A DNA stretch of 64,000 nt from Paramecium tetraurelia (taxonomy: Eukaryota), in NCBI GenBank assembly GCA_000165425.1, contig CT868017.1, positions 62,001 to 126,000 of the forward strand. The letters run 5' to 3'. Positions 13,217-26,182 of the stretch are shown in pieces. Under the pieces are notes generated by a model that saw only the letters and a list, made by a program, of their open reading frames with translations, was not told the origin of the DNA and did no database searches. Numbering within the stretch: position 1 is the first letter of the stretch; each line of letters opens with the position of its first letter. Both the position numbers and the translations under genes were made by a program.

Positions 13217-14836
13217 TCATTTATGAAATAGATATTTCTTATAAATCATAACAACATCACTATTGGCCATGTCTTAATTAGTTCCTGATTCGACAAACAC
13301 TTTAACTTTTCCACTCTTCCCAAATGCACTATCAATCTTCCCTTGAATATTCCCTTATTTGATAACAATCAACTTTCCTATATAATTCGCTATATTTGTT
13401 TCTTTCTTGAATAAATCCTTAATAAGTAAGGTGTAATTGTCAATCACCTTTTCTACCTTTCCATTTTTAGTCTTCTTTCTGAAAATTCTTAAAAAATTCT
13501 ATTGAAATAATTATTAAGTTGTGTAAGAGTACAGAATATTTCCATAAAATGCAATTCTACATATATTTGCTTCTAAATCAGTATCCAATTTTGAAGCAAT
13601 AACTAAAGAATTCATAGATGCAATTAATGGTTTTTCCAATTGGAGTACACCAAACAAATTGTATTTTTCTTGAAGTTTTACATAATCTAAAAATGATAAT
13701 AATAAACATCATACCTTCATAATCCTCCAGGTATTCCCCTTCACTATTGATCTCCAATTACAAATTCTTGGGTCTTATGATCAATTTCAATTATCCCATT
13801 ACAGTCAAATGACCCGAAGTGATATGAAATTTATTTTAAGACTTTAATTATCCTTTATAATAACTAATCTTCTTGAAATCAATAACGATGTTTTCTAACA
13901 GTGATACAATCCCCGGTTAACATACAATCCCCCTCTCAATCTCTTTTGCATCTAGATTAGTGAATAAGGCAGCTATTCTATCTCCAGGTTCTCCAATCTA
14001 AACAGGTTTCTTGAACATTTATAGACTTTTGATCTTTTTATTCAAATTGAGCATAGGAAAATAGACCTCATCGTTTGGTTTCATTGATCCTTGTATGATC
14101 GTACCAGTAGTGACTGTTCCTTATCCCTTTATTTAGAAGCAATGATCAATCATAAACAACAGACCTTTATTCAATTAGGCTTATCGATTGGGGACAGTGA
14201 TATTTTGAAGTAAAATTCCTAATAGATCTTCTATTCCAAGTGCTTATATGGCTGAGACAGGTACTAATGGGACCTAATTTCCAAACTTTGTCTTGGATAG
14301 GACATTAGCAATAATTTTCTTTTGTTTATTAATTACTTCCTCAGTTGCTAGATCTATTTTGTTCAAGACCACAATTAATTTATCAGCCAAAATCTCACCA
14401 ATGACTAAACATTCAGCAGTTTAAGTTTAAATGCCTTTAGTCACATCAATCACTAAAAACATCATATCAATAATTTAAGCTCCTCCTATGATTGTCTTGA
14501 TTAATGATGCATGTCCGGGACAATCGACTAAAGTAAATTGAAAATATCTTAAATGATTTATTGTGGATACTTTCCCTATTCATTCGGATTACGAGTGTAA
14601 AATGCACTGAACCCCAGATCCAAAGTAATTCCCCTCTCCTAACTCTAAGGGTTCTTGTCTAATGAGGCTGTTGATGTTATCTAATTGGTAGATGGATTAA
14701 TTACCTTGGATAATGTCTTAACCAGTGATGTCTTGCCAGAATCAATATGTCCTAAGACACCAACATTAATGTTAATGGTATTTAATTTATTGACTATTTC
14801 TATTTCTTGTTATGAGATGAATAAACTTTATTCCAT
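13217..14836 (-). CDS. EEFSEC: Selenocysteine-specific elongation factor (eEFSec/SelB)
   Basis: INVGVLGHIDSGKTSL, LDKNPQSQERGITLDLGFS, FTLVDCPGHASLIKTIIGGAQIID, GIQTQTAECL, VLNKID, DHCF and C-terminal FGKSGKVKV motifs. Several introns. Confidence 0.95.
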
Positions 14837-14856
14837 TTATTAAGTATATAAATAAA

Positions 14857-17149
14857 TCAATAATGATCTTCATGCATGATTTAATATTCAACCTTCTTCT
14901 CTTGAGTGATTCCTTGCAACTACAAAGAATACTCAGCAATTGCTTTTTCTTTTGTTACTGGGTTCTCCCTATCATAGTCAGTATCGAACTCAATCTATGC
15001 CTTTTTATATGAGACAGGCTAATGTCATATATATATTATTAATACATCTTCAAAGTTCTTGACTGGAAACATGGCATCTACACAACGATGTATTGGTAAG
15101 AATTGAAAACTTAATCCAATGATCACTCCAATAGCAGAATAAATATCAAACTTTTAATTTAGAAACATTGAGACTGCTGTATTACCCAAAGGATTAAATA
15201 GGACAACGAATTCTAACATATTTATCATTTGCCATGATAATTATTAGGATATATTTTCCTTCACAGTTCTCCTTCGTAGTAGGTTATACTTATCAATGAG
15301 GTAAAATAAACTTAGACCAATTAAGGAACTGAATACACCTAGAGGTATAGCAGTACCAAAGAAGAATGTGAGCCACATAGTTTTGATTATGTCTGCATAT
15401 CTCATGGCCAATTGATAATCAATTTATTCCATGATTTCATTTGCCTCCCTTTACGTTAGTAAGCTATCATTACCCTTTGAAACTGAGTGGTCTCTCTGCA
15501 ATTTTCTAAACAAGGACATAGGATCAATCAGCCAAATTAATGGTGCTATTGCAGCATTCATGATAAAAATTAGAGTTTCATTATACATGAATCCACCAAA
15601 GCCATATACATTACTAAATATCAAGATATCAATAACATAGCTAACTATAGCAGCATTGACAAATAAAGCAATAATTAACTTATTGGCATAAGAGATTTGA
15701 AATTTGGTATTGGTTGATATTTTTTCTACCTTCGTGATCCACTTCATTAGAGGTTCAATCAATAATTTATTGACCAGAACTATCGTTGAGGCTATAGTAA
15801 ATGATATTATTTAAATCTTCTTTATTTTCTCTTTATCATCTACTCCGATCCTTCTTTTTTCTAGTTCTTCATTTTGGACTAATCGAATGCACCTGATTGA
15901 TAGATAATAAATAATCAAGTATGTAATTCCTTGAAAAACCAGTGTAATGAAGAACCCTTTGATTCTGGCAATTATCTTATCCTGAGTTAAAGTGGCCAAA
16001 TTCTCCCACAAAATATCATTAGGTTCGGGTGCTTATTCAAGAAATAGCTTTTAAGATTGCCATTAAAGTTCCATTTCATCTAAGCCAGGAGTTTTGCCTG
16101 AATATAAAAAGGTCTTCACTTTATCAAAAAGAGTATGTGTATTTTAGCTAAGTATTAAGTCTTTCATCTTCTCACTCTCAAAAGAAACCAAAGCTATGCC
16201 ACTGAATTACCTATTAGTCCAAAAGTACTCATCTTATAAATCCTTGATCCTCTTTTGCGAAGTTTCAATTTCGATTTCACAATCTCTCACATCTTGACTA
16301 TCATAATTCATATTTGATGTTTATAATGAAATCTTTTTCTTCTACAATGTAGTCTAGATTTTTGCTTCTTCTGCTAATATCTCTGTAATATTATAAACCA
16401 ACACAACTTTCGTTACTGTTATTTAAAAGTTATTATCTGAAACCGCATAATTTTAAAATAAATTAGTCAATTCCCATCGATAATTGACATTCAAGGTTTT
16501 TGGAATATTCGTAACCATAATTGTATAATCACTTGGTGTTAATTAGGATTCATCTATTTGATTATCTAATTTTTTTTGATGTCTCCTAAAAAGTTACAGT
16601 AGAATGATCATTATAATAAGCATGATGAGATTGGCCTTTTGGATGAATACCACAACTTCTGAATTGCTAAATTTATATTTATTCAATCACTTTAGTTTAT
16701 TGGCTATTGACAATTACAGGAAGATGGATTCTTGACAATTAGGTTCCATTTACTATGAAATTGGATTCAAGGTTTGTTACCTAATTAACTAATAGATTTA
16801 CTGGCAAAATTCACCATGATAATTGCTCAACACATTGAAAATGGCTACAAGGCTTTGCAAACATAATAACAGGATGCAAAATTTCAAAAAATTATAAAAT
16901 AATGGAAATCCTGCTCCCAAGAATTTGAGTGATTTGATATCATCACAATATGGTATTTCCTTCCTCTCTATTTCGAAACCACAACAAGGACATGTTTCAG
17001 CTGCATATGAACTCTTTAATACGTTTTCTTGGCTCCTCATCATCATCATCGTCATGATGAACCTTAGTGTCTGGAGCAGTCCTTCTGGCTAATGCATGTT
17101 TTCTGGCTACATTCCAATCACATGGCATTTTCAAAGGGTTATAATCCAT
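14857..17149 (-). CDS. OSCA/TMEM63 (CSC1-like) mechanosensitive cation channel
   Basis: TPSDYTIMVTNIP, FSGIALVSFESE, EQAPEPNDILWENL, multiple TM segments, YFIDKYNLLRRR-like motif. Confidence 0.85.
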
Positions 17150-17222
17150 TATATATATATCTTAATTAATTTTATGTAAAAATGTTCATTTTACTCTTTT
17201 TAACTAATTATTAATATAATTT

Positions 17223-19523
17223 ATGGAAACTGACGAAGCTCCTAAACAAAAGAAAGCACCCTACAAATCAAAAAGATACTTCCTAAGTTCATTGAATACT
17301 TACTTTGGTTATCAATTAGTACAACTGTGTACTCATTTAGATTTAATAACTTCGCAATGACATTGAGCATCCTGAAGATCCAAATCTTATTGTAGGCACC
17401 ACAATCTTATAAAGCTAATACCCATTGCATCCAGCAGTTAGAAAAGTTATCGATGTATGATTATCATTCAGTACCTAAATAGCCATCCAAAATGTCATTC
17501 TTATAAAAAGTCATCTTAGATAGTGATGTGATAGTCTATGACCTTAACACATGTGATCATAGCGAATGCGAATATGCCATCAAAACCTTGAAATTAGGCA
17601 CTTATGACTAAGAAAAAATATTGATTCTCGTTTCATCAGTCATGGCTTGGTCAGCAACCGATCCCAAAGAAAAGAAGGCTGGAGAAGAAGAAGACGATGC
17701 GGGCTACCCTCCAGAATCAGGAGAAGAAGAAGGCAAGCCATAAGATGATGGTGAAGATGCACCTCCTAAGAAGGAATATACACGTTTTAATGAAAGTGAT
17801 TATCCTAAGAGGAAAGCTTTACCTGAATTTGAGAGCTTATGTTCTCTCGAAAGTCTTTGCTTGAGTATTAATAGACCAAATCTCAGGACATTTATACTTT
17901 GCGCAGGTATTTTGTACGGAATGGGAGAAGATCACTTTTACACCAAATTCAAAGGGGCTTGGTTATAGAATACAATAACATTTTATAATAAAAATAAAGT
18001 GCCCTGCATTCACGTTAAAGATTTGGCTTTATTTGTGTAAAAGTTGGTTGAGAAACCAGTCAATTAAAAATATATTTTTGCTATTGATCACAATCAAAAT
18101 CCCTCTCATAAGGCCATAATAGATTCAATATCTAAAGGAGTGGGAAATCAGAAAATTCAGCAATCTGATGTGGCAATTCCTGAGTTCAAAATTGATCTTA
18201 GGATGAAGCCTACCAAAGTTTTCGATGCATTCCTTGAGGAACAAGGAGATCAAGGGGATGAAGAACAGGCAGTTGATAAATTTACATTTAATTGGTGGTG
18301 TAAAGAAGGTATAAGAGCTAATATCGCAAAGATAAGATAAGAATTTGTTGATTATCATAACTTAAAACCAATTAGAATTGCCATTACAGGTCCACCTGGA
18401 ATTGGGAAAAGCACCATTGCTAATCAAATATCCACCTATTTTAGTATTCCACACATCACAATCAAAGAATTGATATAGGAATACTTGAATTAAACAAGTG
18501 AGGAAGTGGAACAATTGAAGACAAACTTGGAAGAGAATAGAGCTCAGCTTATTGAAGAAGCCAGAGCTTAATATGATATTTAAAGAGAGAAGAGAAAACA
18601 ATTGAAATAACCTTACATCCCATTTGATGACAGTAAAATAGAAGCAAGATTGACAGATGAATAATTGATTACTATTTATAAATGGCGATTGATGTAGAAT
18701 GATTGCTAGAATAGAGGGTTTATATTGGATAATTACCCAAAAACACATGCATAAGCCAAATAATTATTCTATAATAATGAAGGAGAGGGAGAGGAGTAAA
18801 AATCTACTCTTAATAAATTAATATTGCCTGAACACTTTATTGTGCTAGCTGGTAGTGATGAATAAATAATCGACAGGATTAAGTTCTCAAAAACTCATAA
18901 ATACGAGGAAGAGACACTACTCAAAAGATTGAAGAATTACAAGGTACTCAATACTAAAAAGGGATACACCATTTTATTTGACTTCTATAAGGAATTGAAG
19001 GTAGACATTTGTGAGATCTCTGTGTTCAATAAGCAGACTAATATTCAAGATACATGCAGAAGTTTTATTGAGAGGGTATGATTTTGATATCAATTTTAGA
19101 ATGGGAAGTACCAGAATTATAAGCAAATCGAGCAGGATTTGGAAGAGAGTAGGTTGAATGAGAAAAAAGAGTAGTTATTGAAGTAGTCAGAGCAAAACTA
19201 AAAGTTGAAGGAGTTGAGGGACAAGAAGGAAGATGAGTTGTGGAAGATTCAAGAGGAGGAGTACAGGATTAAGTAGGAACATAGTGTTAATTATGAGAAG
19301 GAATTACTTGATTCAAGGTCTTTGCCATTGAGGTATCAATGATAAATGAGATAATAGATAATATTTGAGTGATAATGTAGTACCATTTATTACAGAAGGG
19401 TTGGTGGAGATTGTTAAACAGAATCCAGAAAATGTGATTGACTTTTTATCCGAATTCTTGTTTAAGAGATCATTGTAAGTCAGATTCCCAGATCCCAAAT
19501 TGTATTTTGAGAATTCTGAGTGA
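17223..19523 (+). CDS. AK7: Adenylate kinase 7-like (Rossmann-like domain + AK domain + Dpy-30 motif)
   Basis: LILVSSVMAW, AGILYGMGE, PCIHVKDLA, P-loop IAITGPPGIGKSTIA, NRGFILDNYPKT, C-terminal SLPLR/QYLSDNVVPFITEGLVEIVKQNPENVIDFLSEFL. Confidence 0.9.
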
Positions 19524-19552
19524 TCGACACCTAATAACCAGAAATCATATAT

Positions 19553-20405
19553 TCATTTTTTATACTCTCTTTTTTTCAATTTTAATGAATTCCATTGATT
19601 GTCAGTCTAAGATTTTTATTCTTTATATTAGGTAGAATATTCCTTTGAATCCATTCGAATGTACTTACCCTCAACTTGGGACGGGTACTGTAGACTGTAG
19701 TTTGAAAATCCTTTATTAAGTATATACAAATCAGGATAATGTAATTTCGGGTAGTCGTTTAGGTTTCTATCTATGTTTCTTATTTATTTGTAACTAAACC
19801 ACTATATGGGATTCATTACATTTAAATGCTTCGCTTCTCCGAGAACTCACAATAGAGCACGATTACTGGTTTTACAGTGGGAATTTATTTAAAAAATATA
19901 GACTCTATCTCGAAGGGGTTGCAAAGATGAGTTGCACCATAGATGTGACCACCCTCAAACTCAAATTTATAACGACAATCAAACAATGTAATATCATTAG
20001 CATTTTTATACTAAATTATAAATTACTCAATTTTACTAAAGTTTCAGGAGTGATATAATTAACAGCATCCTTTTCAAAGTGCTCTAATCTATTGGATCCC
20101 TCCTGCTCCTCGCAGAAATTAATTGGAACCCTGAATGAACTAAAAAATTCTTGTCTTTCAAATTATCTTTCTGGACTGCTCGTTTCACTTGAGATTGTAA
20201 CACCTCTTTTCAACCAAGAATCATCTCCTATAACAATTCTTTTGTTTGGGTTTGAGAATTGCTGGCTTCGTGATGGACTGTATAATAACAATTCATCCCC
20301 AAGTCTCTTGGTAGAATGATTTGAATCACAGTCAAAGGAACTTAATGAAGCACAAGTCTTGAATAGATGCAAGAAATTAGGCATCTCTGATGATGAACTA
20401 TTCAT
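19553..20405 (-). CDS. CDC25: Cdc25-like M-phase inducer phosphatase (rhodanese fold)
   Basis: YITPETL/..FDCRYKFEFEGGHIYGA, catalytic CX5R in IVLYCEFSEKRS, IDRNLNDYPKLHYPDLYILNKGF. Two introns. Confidence 0.88.
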
Positions 20406-21399
20406 CTTATCTTTCCGCTATTTTAGTTTTAAATATAAATATATAAATAAAAAGGAAATTATTTTCATGAGTGTACACAGCAAAATTATAACATTATCAC
20501 CAACTCAAATCTCATTAACATCCCTTATCTAAGGTGTAAACAAATCTACCTACCCTTATTTTCGTTCTCTAAATCTTTTGTTATTATTGTGTGGATTTAC
20601 AGATGCAAAATCTTATGAATTATGTTGACAATACACATGTAAACCAGGTTAAAATGTGAACCTCTAGTCATCAGATTTTCATTACTCTATTTTCATCTTG
20701 CAGTGTAATTAATTAGAGGTGTTTAATTTATTTAATCCAATCTAAATTAGAAAAAAGAAATTAATCTTAAATTTAGAAGCATAGATATATTTATATTTCT
20801 CATCATAATTTAATAGTATAATACTCTGTTTTATTTATTATATTTGACATTTTTTGATGTTATATATTACTTACTTGATCTGCAATTGATATTAGATAAT
20901 TCTGAATTTGAATCCAACATAAAATATTCTTAAATAAAAAATTAACATATTTCACTTAATATTTCCTAAAGTTTTAAAGGCGAACAAAGTATGTTGTTTC
21001 TCCATGATCTTTCTCTCATCAATATTCATATTATGTTCAAATAGTATTTTTTGAGGTTAATCACAAAGTCATTAGTCGCTTATCATAATCACAAAATGTT
21101 AGGTAAATTATTTATTTATATGTTAGATATGAGTTAAATGTAAATTAGTGTCTCTACACTTATTTAATTATAGTGACTAATTAATGGAACTAAAATTCGC
21201 TTTAGATAAACATTACCTAGCAAATGAATTCTATTTATTTCTAATTTATATCAAAGATGTATATACTATGTCAATTAGTTTTGAATGGAAACAAATTCAA
21301 GAGCGATACGCTTGGCAATTATATATTGTGTTTGGATAATGATTAAATGTTTCTAATCCAAGATTATTCAATCGTTTTAATTAAGCTTTATTATAATTA

Positions 21400-24000
21400 A
21401 TGAGCACTAGTAGATATGTGGCCAAAAAGCTTCAGCCATTTATCACATCCAGGGCAGAACTGACTTAGTAATTTGAAAAATTGGAGAAGGAGTAGAAGGA
21501 GGAGGAAAGACTTAATGATTTATACTTCGATCAATTGGGAAGAATGGAAAAAGTAAAATTGAAAATCATCCTAAAACTTAGGAATATGACACTCTTGCCC
21601 GCATTTTAGATGATTATGGGAAGAAAACAGCTTCTAAATAGAATGGAGATAGTGATTAAGATTAAAATTTAGATTCTCGGATTGAAAAAGCAGTTATTGA
21701 GACTTTGGGTTTGTACTTGCTAGCGGGAAGTCGAAAAGAATAATTAGAAGCATTATAAGAAAGAGAAATGGCTAAAAAATAATCTGCCTTGAATCTCACT
21801 CTTGCGAAGACTGCCTTAAACGATTAAAAATATTTAGACGATAGTAATGAATTAAATGAAGAGGAATATGGTTACTATGTAACGTTGAAATCTGAAGATG
21901 CTTGTATGCAAGTAAAAATACCTGCGACAATTAAAACTTTTAAAGAACTGAAGTAGATCATCAAATCTTGTTTCATGCTTGAAGAAAATTAAATATTTTG
22001 CACAGATCATATGGGCAATCTGTTCTAAGATAACATGATTTTGTTGGATCAAATTTATCCTCCTCTTTACGATTTAATGAAAAATTATCAACCCATGGTA
22101 GGAATCCAAGTAGTTAAGTAAGTTAAACACAAAGAACTTATTCAGAGTGGTGATGAAAGTTTGATGTCTGATGATGGAGCAAGATTTTTCATTACAAGAT
22201 ATAAAACAGCCAAACCTGCTTAAAAAAAAATCAATTGGAGTTAATATCTAGAGTATTTAAACAATTTTAAATATTTTATTGAAACAGTTTTGTTTCTCAT
22301 AGTTCTGGGATTATTTTTAGTTGTTCAAATTGATTAGGTTAAATTTACTACAAGTTCATCTGTTATCACTTCATTTGGTAAACAAATGTAGATTTCTAAA
22401 TCCCTTATATCGCCAATCAAAAACATTTCACAGCTTATAAATCAAACGCTTTCATACAACAATGATAATCATTAATATCCTTCCTATCCTTTAATAACTG
22501 GGTTGCTAATCTAAACATTAGTTAAACAAGTAATTTATAATTTCATCTAGGAAAAATTTGAAGATTGTTCTATTTTGAATAACAAATAGAAATAAATGTT
22601 TATTGATAAAAATTAAAGTTGTTTAGATTTTTCCACTGTTCTGATGGATAATTTGACAGAAGATTACGAATTCAACAAGTTTGATCCATCTGTGTACAAC
22701 CAACAATTTGGAGGATATGTGTGGGAGTTGAATTTAGCATCCAAAGAGGATTTCAATTAAAATATTGAATCACTCTTTGAAAAGAATTGGATTAAATATA
22801 ATATTAAGTAATCTTAATTCATTTTAAATTATTTCAACTCTCCCACCAAAAGGCTAATTTAAGTGGTTATTACAACAATTTACTTGTTTAATGATGTAGA
22901 TACTTATTTTAATTTAGATGCTATTAAATTTTAACACAATTGCCTTAGATTCATTTGATCTTAACAAGCCTTCAGAAACTGAAGAATTTTACGATTCAAT
23001 CCTATTTTATTTATCCATCCTCCTCTTGTCTTCATCATTTCTAGGTAAGGACTATATAATAAATCCTAGATTTCTTTTCCATATATTTAAACACATCAAA
23101 GAACCCTTTTATTCTGTTGTATTAAACTTATACTGAACTAAAAAACAAATAAAAAAAGTTATAATCCAAAAAAAAAGAATTATCAAACTTAGAAGAACAA
23201 GATTTGCAGTAGAAAGAACTAATTATTGGAGATTATTTCATCCTTAAAGTATCTGTGGTTTATATTGTGATTAAGATTCCTTTGATATTTGACTTTGTTT
23301 GTACAATACATTACTATATTAGATATACTATCAAATATTGCCATATTAATTAGAGGATCGATTTAATAGAGTTATTAGGATGCGCTAGATGATATTTAAA
23401 TAAATTCAACAGAATTTTAGGATGCGTCTTAATTAATTGTTCCAGCATTTTTGTTGAGAATCTTTACAGGAATTTTAGTAATATTTTTGATGGCTTCAAT
23501 AATTCGATTCTTAGGTAATTGGAGTCCCTATCTCAAATGTTATGGATTAGTGATGATAAGAGTAAACTATTTGATCATCATATTAGTTCAATAAATAATC
23601 TTCATTTTTATTATTAGTTCTCATATTTATTATTAGTATCAGTGCTATGTCATGGTCTATAACAATTCAAGGAAAGTTAATAGGATAGGATAATTTCTTC
23701 TATGATTTCCTTGGCTTATTACGTTGCACATTAAAATACGGAATGCATAATGACCTAGAAGATTAAGGACTAGAAAATAATTATTAAAAAGAAATTAGTT
23801 ATTCTTTTGATACTAGATATGTATTTAAGATCTTTAAAATTAAGCTATAATATTTGATAGTTTTAGTTATAACTTTTATCATGATTCCAATATTCATCTC
23901 CCTAATGACATAGCAAGTGCACAATACTAAACTAGAAGCAAAACAAAAAATGATTGAGATGGAGAAGGAGAAGAAAGAAGAAAAGTAAAAAAAAAAATGA
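21400..24000 (+). CDS. Multi-pass membrane protein, polycystin-2/TRPP-like channel
   Basis: Coiled-coil N-terminus, TM1, a large lumenal loop with LFEKNWIK...ILNYFNSPT (like the PKD2 TOP domain), then about 5 TM segments and a charged tail. Several introns. Confidence 0.55.
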
Positions 24001-24095
24001 AAATTACTCTATATTTTAAATACATTCTATTAAATTTTTGCATAAATCTTAATTAAAGATATTCTATTGTCAATATATTAAAAGATCATCTAATT

Positions 24096-25686
24096 TCATT
24101 ACCTTACAATTATGCCTTATTTTACAATGATCTAAGGATTTTAATCGTACACAATATTAGTTTTTTTAATGTATTCTTATATCAAAAGTTTAAGTTGATT
24201 CTTAAATAATTTATCCTATATTTATTTATGGTTCTTTAATAAATAAAGAACTAATTGTTAAGGAATTTTCTTGTTACAATTGCAAGTAATCGTTGCATTG
24301 CCTGTTTGTATAGTATTAGAAATTACTTCAGTTAAACATTAACTATGATAATTGTGTTGGCAATTCAACGAAATTAATTCATAGTTCTATTGTTACATAC
24401 AATAATCACATCGTTAATATTTGGTTTATACTAAAGTTTCAACAATTTCATCTTCATTTCGGTTTAAAAATTGTACGTCTGTTTTATTTCTTCTAAGATT
24501 TGAATATTTTATTTAGTTTGCATTTGTGTCCTCTAAGCTTAATGTAGGTGCAATGCTGTTGCTAATTATAACTTTGAGATTAATATCTTGTAAAGTAATT
24601 TGCTATTTTTTATGGTTAAACAACATTTTAATTCTGGCACTTCTTGATTAAGGTTAATTTTAATCTTGGATTTGAGATTTTTGTTAAATATAATTGGGTC
24701 TTCTGATAGACTTAATTGTTTAATTTTAAAAATTCTATATAGGCATGATGTCTGGAGAACTAATAAAGTCTTCATCAGGGATACTTTCTAACTGATATAT
24801 GTGCTTATCAATTTACGGAATTTTATACAAGTTATCAGACTTCTGACTTTTACTCTGATGATCATATTCCTAATATTTATACTGGAGATCAGATTATAAA
24901 TCCTCATACTGGATATCAGATTTCAAATATTTACTCTGCAGATCATTTTGCTACTTGTTTTGTTGGTGATCATATTGATGATTTTTATATTGGTTATCAG
25001 ATGGTTAATTTTTATATAGATTATTAGATTGCTAATTTTTAAATTGGTTATCAGGTTTCTAATTTTTATACTGATCATTAGATTTTATATTTTTATTCAG
25101 GTTATCAGAATGCTAAATTTTTTTCTGGTTATCAATTTGGGGATGCTTTTAGTGATTATCATTTTGCTGAATTTTTTGTTGATTTTTTTACAGGATATGT
25201 TTTATTCTAGGACTTTAATATAAATCAACCTCTAAATTCTTATTCTCTATTAAAGGCTTTTGATAATCTTAATGAATTTATTTATTGACTATCCTTAAAG
25301 AGGCTGTGTTGTAATTTAAATTCTATTGATTTTGCTAAATGCGCTCTGAATTCAAATGGTTCTGTTTAGGAGCGATTCTGTCATACTTATGAAGGACCCT
25401 ATTGGATTTAGACCCTTTAATGCTTTTGTTATTCTGTGGTTATAATAGGATATATTTTTACATATTACTATTATACAACAGGATTACTGGGAACAGTATT
25501 TTATGAATTGGAATCAGGCAGTTGTTATTATTCATTTTCTTGTTTTTATTTTGTTTAGGGAACACAATTTTAGTTCCCTCTCTTCGGGTTAAATGCACGA
25601 TAGTTTGGATTGTAAATATTAACTTTAATGATAGATCAACATTTACAATTTAGTTGCTCATAGTTATATAACTATTCTAAGTTCAT
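24096..25686 (-). CDS. Hypothetical Q/N/S-rich protein with internal 9-aa repeats
   Basis: MNLEQLYNYEQLN/FNIYNPNYRAFNPKRGN... long open code-6 frame. The 3' end is approximate. Confidence 0.6.
24850..25190 (-). repeat. Degenerate 27-bp coding tandem repeat (about 12 copies)
   Basis: Plus-strand units such as tatactggagatcagattataaatcct, catactggatatcagatttcaaatatt, tatattggttatcagatggttaatttt, taaattggttatcaggtttctaatttt. Confidence 0.8.
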
Positions 25687-26182
25687 TTCATTAACATTGA
25701 CTTATTTTTAGAGTGGTCGAATGTATTTTCTAAACATAAATTGAAATAATTATTTTATATTTGATATTAATGAAATGGCAAAAACATCAATGCATCAAGA
25801 ATGGCATCTTAAATTAAAAACCTATCTAAATAATAATACTGTATGAAATCCATATTAAAAACAATATTGGGAGTTATAATTCAACAATAAATTAACAATA
25901 ATTTATTAATTACTGCCAAATACATACGTTTCTCCAATACATCTCAATATTTACCTCTCAAAACAACAATAAAAGGTTAAGTTCGAAAAGGTTCTAAGAG
26001 CAACTATTAATTGAAATACAGCATTTTTAAATTACAGTATAAAGTATGATTAGGATCACACTAATTTAAGAAATCTAATATCTAATTAGTAGATGAGATT
26101 AATACCGATTATAGACAATGGTGATAGCATCGAAACAACTTATTTAACTTAATATTTTCTTTTATAAATTTAAATTACAAAA

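Noticed and set aside
24850..25190. 27-bp repeats as a CRISPR-like array
   Set aside because: The units are contiguous, degenerate and in frame in a coding region, with no unique spacers and no cas genes.
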